64,000 nucleotides of DNA, from assembly GCF_964204645.1 (NCBI RefSeq), contig NC_134032.1, forward strand, positions 14,000,275-14,064,274. Direction: 5' to 3'. Positions 34,289 through 46,235 of this stretch are shown here, piece by piece. Each line of letters begins with the position of its first letter. Positions within the stretch are counted from its first letter, which is position 1. The position numbers and the translations under genes were made by a program. A model generated the notes under the pieces. That model was not told where the DNA came from and did not search any database. It worked only from the letters and a program-made list of their open reading frames with translations. This DNA comes from Tubulanus polymorphus (taxonomy: Eukaryota; Animalia; Nemertea).

Positions 34289-34961
34289 AATAATAATGTT
34301 TAGAAATAAATAAGTAAAATACAAAACGGTCAAAGTCTCTGAAACTTTCAGAGAAGATAGAACTATTCGAGAGCTACAGTCCAGTATATAGTTGTTGCCC
34401 GGTGCAGGGGCTCCTTGGGGGTCTAATTGACGCCTAAAGACCCCAAAATATCAATAATAATGTTTAGAAATTAATAAGTAAAATACATAATGGTCAAAGT
34501 CTCTGAAACTTTCAGAGAAGATAGAACTATTCGTGAGCTACAGTCCAGTATATAGTTGTTGCCCGGTGCAAGGACTCCTTGGGGGTCTAATTGACGCCCA
34601 AAGACCCCAAAATATCAAAAATAATGTTTAGAAATAAATAAGTAAAATACAAAATGGTCAAAGTCTCTGAAACTTTCAGAGAAGATAGAACTATTCGAGA
34701 GCTACAGTCCAGTATATAGTTGTTGCCCGGTGCAGGGGCTCCTTGGGGGTTTAATTGACGCCCAAAGACCCCAAAATATCAATAATAATGTTTAGAAATT
34801 AATAAGTAAAATACAAAACGGTCAAAGTCTCTGAAACTTTCAGAGAAGATAGAACTATTCGAGAGCTACAGCCGAGTATATAGTTGTTGGGGATTAATTG
34901 ACGCCCAAAGACCCCAAAATATCAATAATAATGATCGTTCCGCTAAAGCCCGCTTAGAGAA
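34289..34961. repeat. 164-bp tandem repeat (about 4 units) ending in a hairpin; possible Helentron-type element
   Basis: Units start at 34289, 34453, about 34617 and 34781 (the last has an internal deletion); each contains palindromic TCTCTGAAACTTTCAGAGA; imperfect hairpin at 34938-34961. Confidence 0.7.
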
Positions 34962-35354
34962 AAAAATATTGGTTTGATTCCACGCGTACCATCTTGTGCT
35001 GCCACCTAGTCAAGTTTCGGTAATGCGGTTATGTTCATCCGCTACCTAAATTGTTCTATATTTGTGAGAAGATTTGTCTCTTGAAGCAGCAAATACAGTG
35101 TACTTTTTCTCTCAACTGGAATGTATAAATATTCTTTTAAATTCGCTTAGATGATATATTAAAAATTATTGAATAGTGGGACTGATCACTGGGAACACCG
35201 CGCACCTGCTACCGATTCGAGCGCGTACTAATAACGAGGGAATCCCTCATTTAATGTTAGGGAAAGTCTACGATCAAAACACTGCTAAAAGAGCGTTCTT
35301 TCTTGAGACAAGATAACGGATTATTTCTAATAAACTATAACGGTGATTACGAGG

Positions 35355-35426
35355 ATGTATACGGGACAGTTACTGAGTGTGTTATTCGTGTTACTGTGCG
35401 CCAGTAGTTTGGCTACAGACAGCAGG
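35355..35426 (+). CDS. Putative first coding exon (signal peptide MYTGQLLSVLFVLLCASSLATDSR) of a secreted or membrane protein; downstream exons not identified
   Basis: AGGATG start, hydrophobic core with SLA-type cleavage site, consensus donor AGG/GTAAGT at 35427 (phase 0), CpG-containing upstream region. Confidence 0.6.
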
Positions 35427-36525
35427 GTAAGTTTTACCAGCATCTTTTCTCATCTTATTCTTTGCTTATCCCGAGAGCCGAGTACGGCTCTACTCACTCA
35501 CTGCTGGCCTTCGTTCCTGTTTCCAAGCCAATGTTAAAATAGGTTGATCGCTTGTTTTTCAAATGTTCAGTTTGGGTTTGAAATGTACATGGTTGGTTTG
35601 AGGTTTATTGATGGAAGTGTACTGAACATTATTGTAAATTGCAGTCCAATCCTTGCATCCTCAATTATTCGACCTCTCCTATAGGCTAACTGGGTGCTAT
35701 TCTTAATCCATTATCACCTATTCCGACAGAAATACAGGAAACTGAAATAGATTCCTGAAAGGTAAATAGTGTGGAAGATATATAGGATATTCGGATTGGA
35801 TGTAGTCATCGTTCCTTTCCTTACTACATCCTTTCTTTCCATCTCTTAACTTTCCATATATTATCGGTATCTTCAACAGGTCACTTCTAAATAGGTTCAA
35901 TGCTGGCCTTGAAAGCTTTCCTGAGGATCGAGTGTTAGTTTGATATACAGAATATTTCAGGATAGGTTTTACATAGACCTATCAATGAGCCTTAATTGTT
36001 GCTTCAACTTTTCTATCTCTGGCTTTGTCAATTTTTTTAAGGCCTTTTAAAGACCTTATCTATCCACAACAGAAAGAAAGGTCACTATTAAATAGGTCGG
36101 ACGATGTTTCAGAGAGTTGATGGTTTTTAGGTTGAGTAGTCAAGTGTAATTAGGCCTATATAAGATAAGTTGAAGATCCTATGAATCTGCCCTGAGCTTA
36201 GTACTTTAATGTTTGTCTTGACTTCAAGAGACAAACTGCCCTTTTTCGACTCATAATCTGAGAGGGGTCCTCTTTGAGTCAGCTTGAATCTTTGAAACCT
36301 AATTCTCTTATGTCTTTGATTTTATACGGAAACATTTTCCAAGTAGCGTGAAATAGAGATTTTCACACGTTTTTCCGAATCAACGGTATCGCGTTCAAAG
36401 TCTTCAAAATCCGAATTTTGAAACGTTGAATCCATTATTCCCCATCTCGATCGTCTTTTGACAACAATTTCTCAAATAGAAGGAGTTCTGTACATCCCGT
36501 TTCCAAACGAAACAAAAGAAAAAGA

Positions 36526-36670
36526 TTCCACCTGATGATGGCTGTTAGTCAACAGCCGAAACGTTGTGGTTTCAAAATAATAAATTCTATCCTATAATTT
36601 TAAATTCGAAGTGTGGGATTTCTTCATTTATCTACAGTATACACGGATAATAGTGTTTATTCGACAACTA
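36526..36670 (+). mobile_element. Penelope-like element 3' fragment with hammerhead ribozyme
   Basis: Flanked by 12-bp direct repeat AAAAGAAAAAGA (36514-36525, 36671-36682); contains the hammerhead, AATAAA and the GTGGGATT tail. Confidence 0.75.
36528..36569 (+). ncRNA. Minimal type I hammerhead ribozyme
   Basis: Stem I CCAC/GTGG, core CTGATGA, stem II GGCTGTT-AGTC-AACAGCC, GAAA, then CGTT (loopless palindromic stem III, GUU triplet). Confidence 0.8.
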
Positions 36671-38770
36671 AAAAGAAAAAGAATTTTTCTTCGTCGCATT
36701 TTTCTAGATCTAAGATTTTCAGTTTGTTCTACCTTAGCGATCTGTATCGTGGAAATCTGTTCATATTTAAAGAACAAAATATTCTTTGGGGGGAAAATAA
36801 TCTCGAGAGACGGGGGTCAAAGTATTGACATTTTTCGAAGTATAAGATTACTCCGCATTTCTAGAAATTTAAGTGACGCCGAATAGAAAATTGTCGTGTA
36901 TTCGCATTACACCGTGTAGGCCTGTTTATACTGTGCTGACAGTGTCGCGAGTCCGACAGAAACACCTGAAATTTCAAACCGTCGTCGCTTTCTCTCAAAG
37001 TGTCCCTCGTTAAAAAGACGACCTCGTCGTGCGAAGAATTTGGCAATTTTCCATTTTGTTCGCGAGCGTAAATAGATCACGTACAATCGGCGGTATTCAG
37101 TCCGTTCATAAAGGAATCCGTGATAGGAAATAAAACAGTTGAAATTGCCCCCCCCCCCTTCTCTGATACCCCCCCCCTCCCCCCTTTCTCTGACGTTCAT
37201 ATACATGTAAATAGCGTTTCACATGCTTTCAAGAGACGCCAGTATCGAGCTTTTAGTGTTTTTCACATAAGTGTGTCAAAATGTCATATTCTCCGAAAAC
37301 GTCTTTTGATTTTGATTCTTGATGAATGTAATTAAATTTTCAGTATTTTACGATATGTTGGAATATTCGAAAAGGGTTGCATTCGTTGTTAAGTGTACGA
37401 CATTGTGGCCACGTCGAAGTAACAAGGCTATCGATCCCCCGAAAACTACAGAAAATTTAAGCTTAATTTCGGCGTAATCTTCTATTTTTCATATTAGCTC
37501 GTTATATTTCAAAGCAATTATCAGCATCGATAGAATATTGATATTCACTGTGGATGTAAAAATGAACGGGGCGACCGGCCTTCTTGGATCTGTCATCAAG
37601 AACACTGATTTTAATCTTTTAAATCGGTATAGTAGCCGATAATTAATCATCTATAGAAACACTCAACATATGAAGCATAATATTCGGTGTCTTTGCGTTT
37701 TGTAATGAGATGAAAATGAGAAATTATCAGAATTTCTAAACCTCGTGCACCTTTATTTACGCGACCTAGTTAATTTTAACAATGTTTCTCACGTTTTACC
37801 ACATTTCAGCAGGGGATAGAAAGTTTTCAATTTCGCTATTTTGTTATTGGAGCGGAATTGGAATTTCTTTCTTTCGGCTTTATTTACATGTCGTAAACTT
37901 AAACTCGATCCATATGGCGACAAACTTTCATTCACCAGAGTCTCTGTGGGTTTATTCGGTTACTTTATACATAGGCCTCTATATAGCCCTCGGATTGCTC
38001 CGTTGATGTGGAGTAGTTTTGTTATCGTGATATGAAAGAGTTAGTATTGGCCCTGTGTCTACAGTCCCCCTGAGGGCCTGTTTAGGGATTATAACTGAGT
38101 GGATACATAATGGTTTTGATTCTGGTGTAAGAAAAGAACCGCCCACGGAGAAGGGGGTTACCTGTATTCCTAGAATCGGTGAATAACAATAGATTCAACT
38201 CGTATTTGTAGAACTTAATGCATTTCTGTGAATACATTTCATATGGAAAAATAAATTAACATCAGAAAAACATTTATTGATAATGAAGTTGGCGCAGTCG
38301 TAGTGTTGGCGATTGGTGGACCAAAAGAAAAGTTAATTGAAATAGAAAAAATTTAAAAAGAGATAATCAATAATGTGACAACTTATCCAAATGATGATGT
38401 ATATAGTAATTTAGTTAATAGTTAATTTTCTCTACTCTAGTTTTATAGAAAAGTGGATATGGGGGGATTTTTACCAGGGGGGGGGGGTAGAGGGGAGGGA
38501 GGGATTTTACCTACATTCATATTGTACACTTATTTATCGTGAATTGGAAATAGGAGTTAGGACAAGAAATAGAGACAAGACTTCAGTAATGTGGCGACTT
38601 ACAAACTGACGACTTGCGCTCGGAGTTAATTGAATTAAAAATGCAAATTTGGACTCAAAAATGAAAAGACGATTTAATATCCAAATGATGAATGAAAGTG
38701 AATGGGAAATACAAATTGAGACTCAATAATACATGACTATGTGACAACTTATCCAAACAAGACTTACTAT

Positions 38771-38940
38771 GAGGAGGTGTAGGGGAGGTGGTAGGGGAGG
38801 TGGTAGGGGAGGTGGTAGGGGAGGTGGTAGGGGAGGTGTAGGGGAGGTGGTAGGGGAGGTGGTAGGGGAGGTGTAGGGGAGGTGGTAGGGGAGGTGTAGG
38901 GGAGGTGGTAGGGGAGGTGTAGGGGAGGTGGTAGGGGAGG
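38771..38940 (+). repeat. G-rich 12/13-bp tandem repeat
   Basis: Repeated GGTAGGGGAGGT / GTAGGGGAGGT. Confidence 0.9.
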
Positions 38941-39452
38941 CGGGGTTTAGAAGAGAGATGATTTTCACTGTCGGGTTTTTTAAAGCTTTGTCACGTTTCA
39001 TCCATTATTTAGTTTAAAGGAAGCGGAGGAGAAACTTAAAAAAAAAAAAAAACTGATGAAGTGTTTTTTCCTGTTGTTAGGAGAGGGTAAAACCCGCGAC
39101 TGCCGCCTCCGCCTTGCAGCTGTTTGTGGAATCAGATGAATTTCCTGTTTTCATTAAACTGTTTTCCTTTGTTTTTTATTCTTGTTTTAAGATAATGATC
39201 ATCGCATGAAATCCTGATCGAAACTAGAATTTCCCGTCGTGGGCGCTGTTCGACACGCCGCGGTTCACGCATTGTTCGGAACTACTTTCTCTTTATCTCA
39301 ACGATCGGAATTTCTCATTAAAGACCCGTTTCGGTCGCAAAATGATTTCGCAGTTACAAACGTTTTAGAGATATGGGTGGGGAAATAGATTCAATACGTG
39401 AAGTAATTCATGGTTTCATTGTAATCAGCAAAATTTGACTCTTAGTGTTCTG

Positions 39453-39561
39453 GATCCAGTTCCACAGTCGTGAGTTAAGAGTTAACTCCGGGTTGAAATT
39501 AGTTCATTTCCAATGACTTAACTCTGAGTCAAATCTTAACTCACAACTGTGGAACTGAGTC
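39453..39561. mobile_element. MITE with GATCCAGTTCCACAGT termini
   Basis: About 28-bp imperfect inverted termini CAGTTCCACAGTCGTGAGTTAAGA / TCTTAACTCACAACTGTGGAACTG. Confidence 0.65.
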
Positions 39562-39699
39562 CGGATGACTCTTAGTGCTCTGATGACTCTTACAATCCTA
39601 TGGACTCTTACAGTCCTGATGACTCCGATAGTCTTGATGAGAAACAGTGCCCAATTTCACAGTTCTTGGTAAAATTCAACGCTTGAGCAACTGGACACT

Positions 39700-40733
39700 G
39701 GACCCCAGGACCCATATCCAACTAGTAGGACCCCAGGACCCATATCCAACTAGTAGGACTCCAGGACCCATATCCAACTAGTAGGACCCCAGGACCCATA
39801 TCCAACTAGTAGGACCCCAGGACCCATATCCAACTAGTAGGACTCCAGGACCCATATCCAACTAGTAGGACCCCAGGACCCATATCCAATTAGTAGGACC
39901 CCAGGACCCATATCCAACTAGTAGGACTCCAGGACCCATATCCAATTAGTAGGACCCCAGGACCCATATCCAATTAGTAGGACTCCAGGACCCATATCCA
40001 ACTAGTAGGACCCCAGGACCCATATCCAACTAGTAGGACCCCAGGACCCATATCCAACTAGTAGGACCCCAGGACCCATATCCAACTAGTAGGACCCCAG
40101 GACCCATATCCAACTAGTAGGACCCCAGGACCCATATCCAATTAGTAGGACTCCAGGACCCATATCCAACTAGTAGGACCCCAGGACCCATATCCAACTA
40201 GTAGGACCCCAGGACCCATATCCAACTAGTAGGACCCCAGGACCCATATCCAACTAGTAGGACCCCAGGACCCATATCCAACTAGTAGGACCCCAGGACC
40301 CATATCCAACTAGTAGGACCCCAGGACCCATATCCAATTAGTAGGACCCCAGGACCCATATCCAACTAGTAGGACCCCAGGACCCATATCCAACTAGTAC
40401 GACCCCAGGACCCATATCCAACTAGTACGACCCCAGGACCCATATCCAACTAGTACGACCCCAGGACCCATATCCAACTAGTACGACCCCAGGACCCATA
40501 TCCAACTAGTAGGACCCCAGGACCCATATCCAACTAGTACGACCCCAGGACCCATATCCAATTAGTAGGACCCCAGGACCCATATCCAATTAGTAGGACC
40601 CCAGGACCGATATCCAACTAGTAGGACCCCAGGACCCATATCCAATTAGTAGGACCCCAGGACCCATATCCAACTAGTAGGACCCCAGGACCCATATCCA
40701 ACTAGTAGGACCCCAGGACCCTGATCCAATTAG
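39700..40733. repeat. 28-bp minisatellite, about 37 copies
   Basis: Unit GGACCCCAGGACCCATATCCAACTAGTA. Confidence 0.95.
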
Positions 40734-41313
40734 TTTTTTTTACGGCGTATAGGCTCAACTCTAAACCTGTGTTTTAGCTTTCTCGAGTTTATTGGGCGTT
40801 CATCGAATTTTTTACCTACGATAATTCGCCGATTTCATAGAAATTAGATTAACGCGAAACATGATTAGGCCTTTATAAGTGTTTTGTTTTTGTGGAACAC
40901 ATGACTATTAGATCATAGCAAGGGAAAGAGAGTAATAAATAGTTCAGATATTTTGCTACCGTGTAATTTATGTTGTTTTTATCAGTAACCTAGTGTCGTT
41001 GTTATACGCTATTCATCACATCCTGGTTTGTACTACCGTACCGGTACGAAACTATTTATTTATTCCGGGAGTTGAAACTATTGCCGGGGCACGTGGTTTA
41101 ATCATCGGTTAATTAGACTAAAACAATCTAGGAATAATTATCGCGGCGACCTTTCTGCTCATATATCCCATATCGTTAATAACAATTTTGTTGTTTCGTG
41201 TCGCAATATTTTCATTAATAGAAAGTTTGGCAGCAATTTTATCAACGCTGCTATCATTCATTACAGGGAACAGAGTTGGGTTTAGAGGGGTTACACGCCT
41301 TAACCCTCGAGTT

Positions 41314-41606
41314 CATGGGCGTCCCTAGGGAGGGGGGTTCGATAGTTCGAACGAACCCCCTTTTTGGAATTTTCGAACGTCGACGAATGTCGGCACATGG
41401 TCTGCATTTGCTAAATTAGCAAAATAAAATGGATACATGCAAAGTAAGCGGGAACCAGTCTACCTATAAACGGGAACCAGTCTACCTATCGGCCCGAGAT
41501 TGCACCAGAACGCGCCCGCTTACACGAAATTTTCAAATATTTTCTGGGAAGGATCCCTCTATTCCTAAAAATGAACCCCCCTAGAAAAATCCTGGGGACA
41601 CCCATG
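41314..41606. mobile_element. hAT-like MITE
   Basis: Inverted termini CATGGGCGTCCCTAG / CTGGGGACACCCATG; internal palindrome GGGGGTTCG...CGAACCCCC; no clear target duplication. Confidence 0.55.
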
Positions 41607-42534
41607 GTATATTCGCGTCATGTCATTTAGAAAATTAAAACGGTCCAAATTTCCTTAAGTAAAATAAAGAAGGGATCACGAGAGAAAGGACAGAGAAGAG
41701 AGAGAGAAGAAAGAGGGGAAAGAAATGAGAGAGAGGGGAGAGAAATGAGAGGGAGAGAGGAGAGAGAAGAGAGAGAGGGGAGAGTAATGAGAGAGAGGGG
41801 TGAGAAGAGAGGGGAGAGAAATGAGAGAGGGGTGAGAAGAGAGGGGGAGAGTGTATGAATCCTGTATGCTGTTCATTTATAATTTGTAATTAGTGTTAAT
41901 TAGTTAAACATTACGGGCAGCCGCAACCCGAGACGAGGCGCTCGCTCTCCGAGATCGGTTACCAGGTAACCACATGGCTGTAACGCAATTTATAACATAT
42001 TGTTACGGTTCATTAATTGAGTTCGTGAGTTAAACTAGCTGAATATCCAGCCTTTATACTTTACAGGCTTATCGCATAAAGCTTAATTTTCAGTGGCGCA
42101 ATGAGTTCGATCTTCAAAAATAGTGGATGATTTTCCCTATTTGATTGATTTGATTTGATTTAATGATATTTTAAGAACCCGTCTGCCGCGCGTGAAACAG
42201 GGTCTGGATTCGGAAATCGCAAATCGAAGTGCGGATACAGTTCGGCGCGAGAATTTGTAAGATATTTTTCATCAAATAAGAGTTAATTTTTTTTAAGGAA
42301 TTTTTAGTGAAATGTAAACATTACCCAAAGAGCACCGGAGCGGCGAACAACTGCAGATTGGGGTCAATTATTAGTTAGCTGCCTCCGTTACATCTCTAGA
42401 TTTAGAAATACACATTGAATCGAATGGAATTGTAGCGAAAATATGTTTATGAAGATAAAATCCCACTATTTACAGATTACCGGTAAAAGAATTTAAAAAC
42501 CAGAATTTATTTATTCAATCAAAAATATATAAAA

Positions 42535-42577
42535 GACACAACGTTTCGATCTCACACTAGAGATCATCGTCAGGTGT
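42535..42577 (-). ncRNA. Minimal type I hammerhead ribozyme (minus strand)
   Basis: Minus strand ACAC CTGACGA T GATCTC-TAGTGT-GAGATC GAAA CGTT GTGTC. Confidence 0.8.
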
Positions 42578-42687
42578 GACACCTGACGATGATCTCTAGG
42601 GTGAGAGACGATGATCTCTAGGGTGAGAGACGATGATCTCTAGGGTGAGAGACGATGATCTCTAGGGTGAGATCGAAACGTCGTGTC
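42578..42687 (+). ncRNA. Type I hammerhead ribozyme with tandemly expanded stem II
   Basis: Stem I GACAC/GTGTC, core CTGACGA at 42583-42589, four copies of a 22-nt unit, GAAA at 42675-42678, GUC triplet at 42680-42682. Confidence 0.72.
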
Positions 42688-43865
42688 TTTTATATATTTC
42701 AGATTGAATAAATAAATTCTTGGTTTTTAAATTCTTTTAATCTGTAGATAGTGGGATTTAATCTTATTATCCGTTCACCACGTTTGAGTGTGGTTATCGT
42801 TCTATGTTTAAGAATGAAATACGATTCTCGATTATTTCTACGTCAACTACGCATTGAGGCACTGACCTCGTTATAAACTGTAGAACTAGGTTCTCCCGTA
42901 TTTTCAAAACTGATTTGAACTCTTTTCGACAATTTAACGATGATTTATTGTTGTTATATTTCGAGTGTGTTCGGATATCATTGTTTTTAGTCACGTCCCG
43001 TGTTTACAAATAGTCTGTGTGTGATATCGTTCTTTTATTGCAGATAACATTCCTGCACGTCCACGGCCACCCGTACCCCCTATTTCTACCCTACACACTC
43101 GACGGGTGGATCCAAGCTTTATTCCAATGAATTATTCCAGAATATAGTCTGAAGAAACATATAGTACCTAATCTGACAGTTCCACAAAGCCTTATTTACA
43201 AGGAGTCGTGTTTCAAAATTTCCTCGGGAAGGACCTCTAAACCCCCCCCCCTTTAGTGAGATTTGCTTTCAGCAGATAATTGAGCACTGCAATCATTTCT
43301 AGGAATATAGTAAAATTCACCAGCTGGATCCGCCCCTGCACTCCCCTCTGTACTGTATCAGTTTTTGATATCTTTCTTTTAAACACCCTCAACCCGCTAA
43401 GCGCCACGCAGGGCTTTATAAGCGGGTTCGATGTTTCTTTTTCCCAATGGGGTAGAGACCGGAGAAGAACCTTGGCCCAAGAAACTCGGTCGCCACCAGT
43501 TTTTGATATATCGATGGATAATCTCAAGGTCTTCAATGCGATGAAGGATTGGGTTTAGGGTTTGGGTACCTTTTCATTCTTGGATGTAATCAGCAACCAT
43601 TCGTACGCCTTTTCTCTCCTCGCTAAATCGTCACATTACCGAAGCCATCTATACGTCTAATTTGTATTTAAATATGAATTTAACTTAGCATAAGTCGTCA
43701 TTTAAATTAAGTCGTCATCATATTTACTGAAGTCATCTCTAGTTTTGAGTCCTAATCTATTATGTAAACCGTAACCTGTTAGTCCTTATTTGGATGAAGG
43801 CCGTCAAAGTAATGATTATATTCCTGAGAATATTTTCAGCCTTCTCTGTACCCTCATCCTTTATC

Positions 43866-45490
43866 TCCCTCTACCCTCACCCCTACCTCCACTCTACCCT
43901 CACCCCTCCCATCACTCTACCCTCACCCGCTACCTCCACTCTACCCTCACCCCTCCCATCACTCTACCCTCACCCGCTACCTCCACTCTACCCTCACCCC
44001 TCCCATCACTCTACCCTCACCCGCTACCTCCACTCTACCCTCACCCCCTAACTCCCCTCTACCCTACCCCTAACTCCCTTCTACCCTCACCACCTACCTC
44101 AACTCTACCCTCACCCCCTACCTCCACCCTACCCTACCCTTCACTTCCCTCTACCCTCACCCCCTAACTCCCCTCTACCCTCACCCCCTAACTCCCCTCT
44201 ACCCTACCCCTAACTCCCTTCTACCCTCACCACCTACCTCAACTCTACCCTCACCCCCTACCTCCACCCTACCCTACCCTTCACTTCCCTCTACCCCCAC
44301 CCCCTAACTCCCCTCTACTGTCACCCCCTAACTCCCTTCTACCCTCACCCCCTACCTCCACCCTACCCTAACCCTTCACTTCCCTCTACCCTCACCCCCT
44401 AACTCCCCTCTACCCTACCCCTAACTCCCTTCTACCCTCACCACCTACCTCAACTCTACCCTCACCCCCTACCTCCACCCTACCCTACCCTTCACTTCCT
44501 CTACCCTCACCCCCTAACTCCCCTCTACCCTACCCCTAACTCCCTTCTACCCTCACCACCTACCTCAACTCTACCCTCACCCCCTACCTCCACCCTACCC
44601 TACCCTTCACTTCCCTCTACCCTCACCCCCTAACTCCCCTCTACCCTCACCCCCTAACTCCCCTCTACCCTACCCCTAACTCCCTTCTACCCTCACCACC
44701 TACCTCAACTCTACCCTCACCCCCTACCTCCACCCTACCCTACCCTTCACTTCCCTCTACCCTCACCCCCTAACTCCACCCTACCCTACCCTTCACTTCG
44801 CTCTACCCTCACCCCCTAACTCCCCTCTACTATCACCCCCTAACTCCCTTCTACCTTCACCACCTACCTCAACTCTACCCTCACTCCTACCTCCACCCTA
44901 CCCTACCCTTCACTTCCCTCTACCCTCACCCCCTAACTCCCCTCTACCCTCACCCCCTAACTCCCCTCTACCCTACCCTAACTCCCTTCTACCTCACCAC
45001 CTACCTCAACTCTACCCTCACCCCCTACCTCCACCCTACCCTAACCTTCACTTCCCTCTACCCTCACCCCCTAACTCCCTTCTACTGTCACCCCCGACTT
45101 CCCCTCTACCCTACCCTTCACTCCCCTCACCCCCTATCTCCCCTCTACCCTCACCCCCTAACTCCCCTCTACTGTCACCCCCTATCTCCCCTCTCTACCC
45201 TACCCTTCACTCCCCTCACCCCCTATCTCCCCTCTACCCTCACCCCCTAACTCCCTTCTACCCTCACCACCTACCTCCCCTCTACTTTTACCCCCTACCT
45301 CCCCTCTCTACTGTCACCCCCTATCTCCCCTCTCTACCCTACCCTTCACTTCCCTCTACCCTCACCCCCTAACTCCCCTCTACCCTACCCCTCCCTACCC
45401 CTAACTCCCTTCTACCCTCACCCCCTACCTCCCTCTACTGTCACCCCCGACTTCCCCTCTCTACCCTCCCCTTCACTCCCCTCCTATCTC
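43866..45490. repeat. C-rich complex tandem repeat
   Basis: CTCTACCCTCACCCCCTAACTCCC-type subunits with higher-order repetition; almost no G on the plus strand. Confidence 0.9.
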
Positions 45491-46235
45491 CATTATTCAT
45501 ATGTTATATCAGTTTTTTATCAGTATATTCTATATGTCCATGCGTTCAGTGTGAATCTCTCGAGGCCGATGTGCTTTTAACGTTATTGTGTAAAAATCTG
45601 ATTTCATAAAATGGGGCGTCGATACAATTTTTTAAAGTAAATATTCCGCGGTCTGATGTTAAGATATATCACAGCTATCTCTCTCTCTCTCTCGTGAGAT
45701 TTCGACGCGTTAACGCTAAACTAATGTCGAAATAAAGGATGATCTACTAAGTGGTCACATTTACCGATGTCGTGTCTATTTCTGATTCCCAATTTGTATT
45801 TCCAAATCAATTTACTAAGTGTTTAGTCATCGTGTCACATTATTGAAGTCATGTAGTCTCTCTCTCTCTCTTGATAATGGATGTATATATATATATATAT
45901 ATACCTAGAATTTCAGTTGAGCCGCTGTTTAATAAGTTGAAAAAATCGAAATATGATATCGCTATTGCTATTATTTATCAGTTTTGTGACTACCGACGAT
46001 CCCTAATTTCATCTCTCCGGTTCTGATGTGAGTACCGTTTATTTTCTGTTAATCTCTCGTATTGAAATACCCGTGTCGTCGTCTCCTCGGTCCGTTCATC
46101 TCTTGTGCGTCTCTGTTTGCTCCGCGGCTAAAATCAATTTTCACATTTAGTCGACGGCGGTTGAGGACGGACGAACGGTGGGAAAAATTGGTTTTATCAT
46201 GTGAAAGAAATTGCGTAAACAGACATCAGAGAATT

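Larger units (their letters stand above)
42450..42802. mobile_element. Penelope-like inverted pair of terminal repeats with two hammerheads
   Basis: Imperfect inverted repeat 42452-42765 with the junction at 42578, plus a unique tail; possible 8-bp target duplication TATGTTTA (42442-42449, 42803-42810). Confidence 0.75.

Noticed and set aside
39700-40733. CRISPR-like appearance of the 28-47-bp repeats here and at 48-51 kb
   Set aside because: Units are head-to-tail with no unique spacers, no cas genes are present, and the context is eukaryotic.
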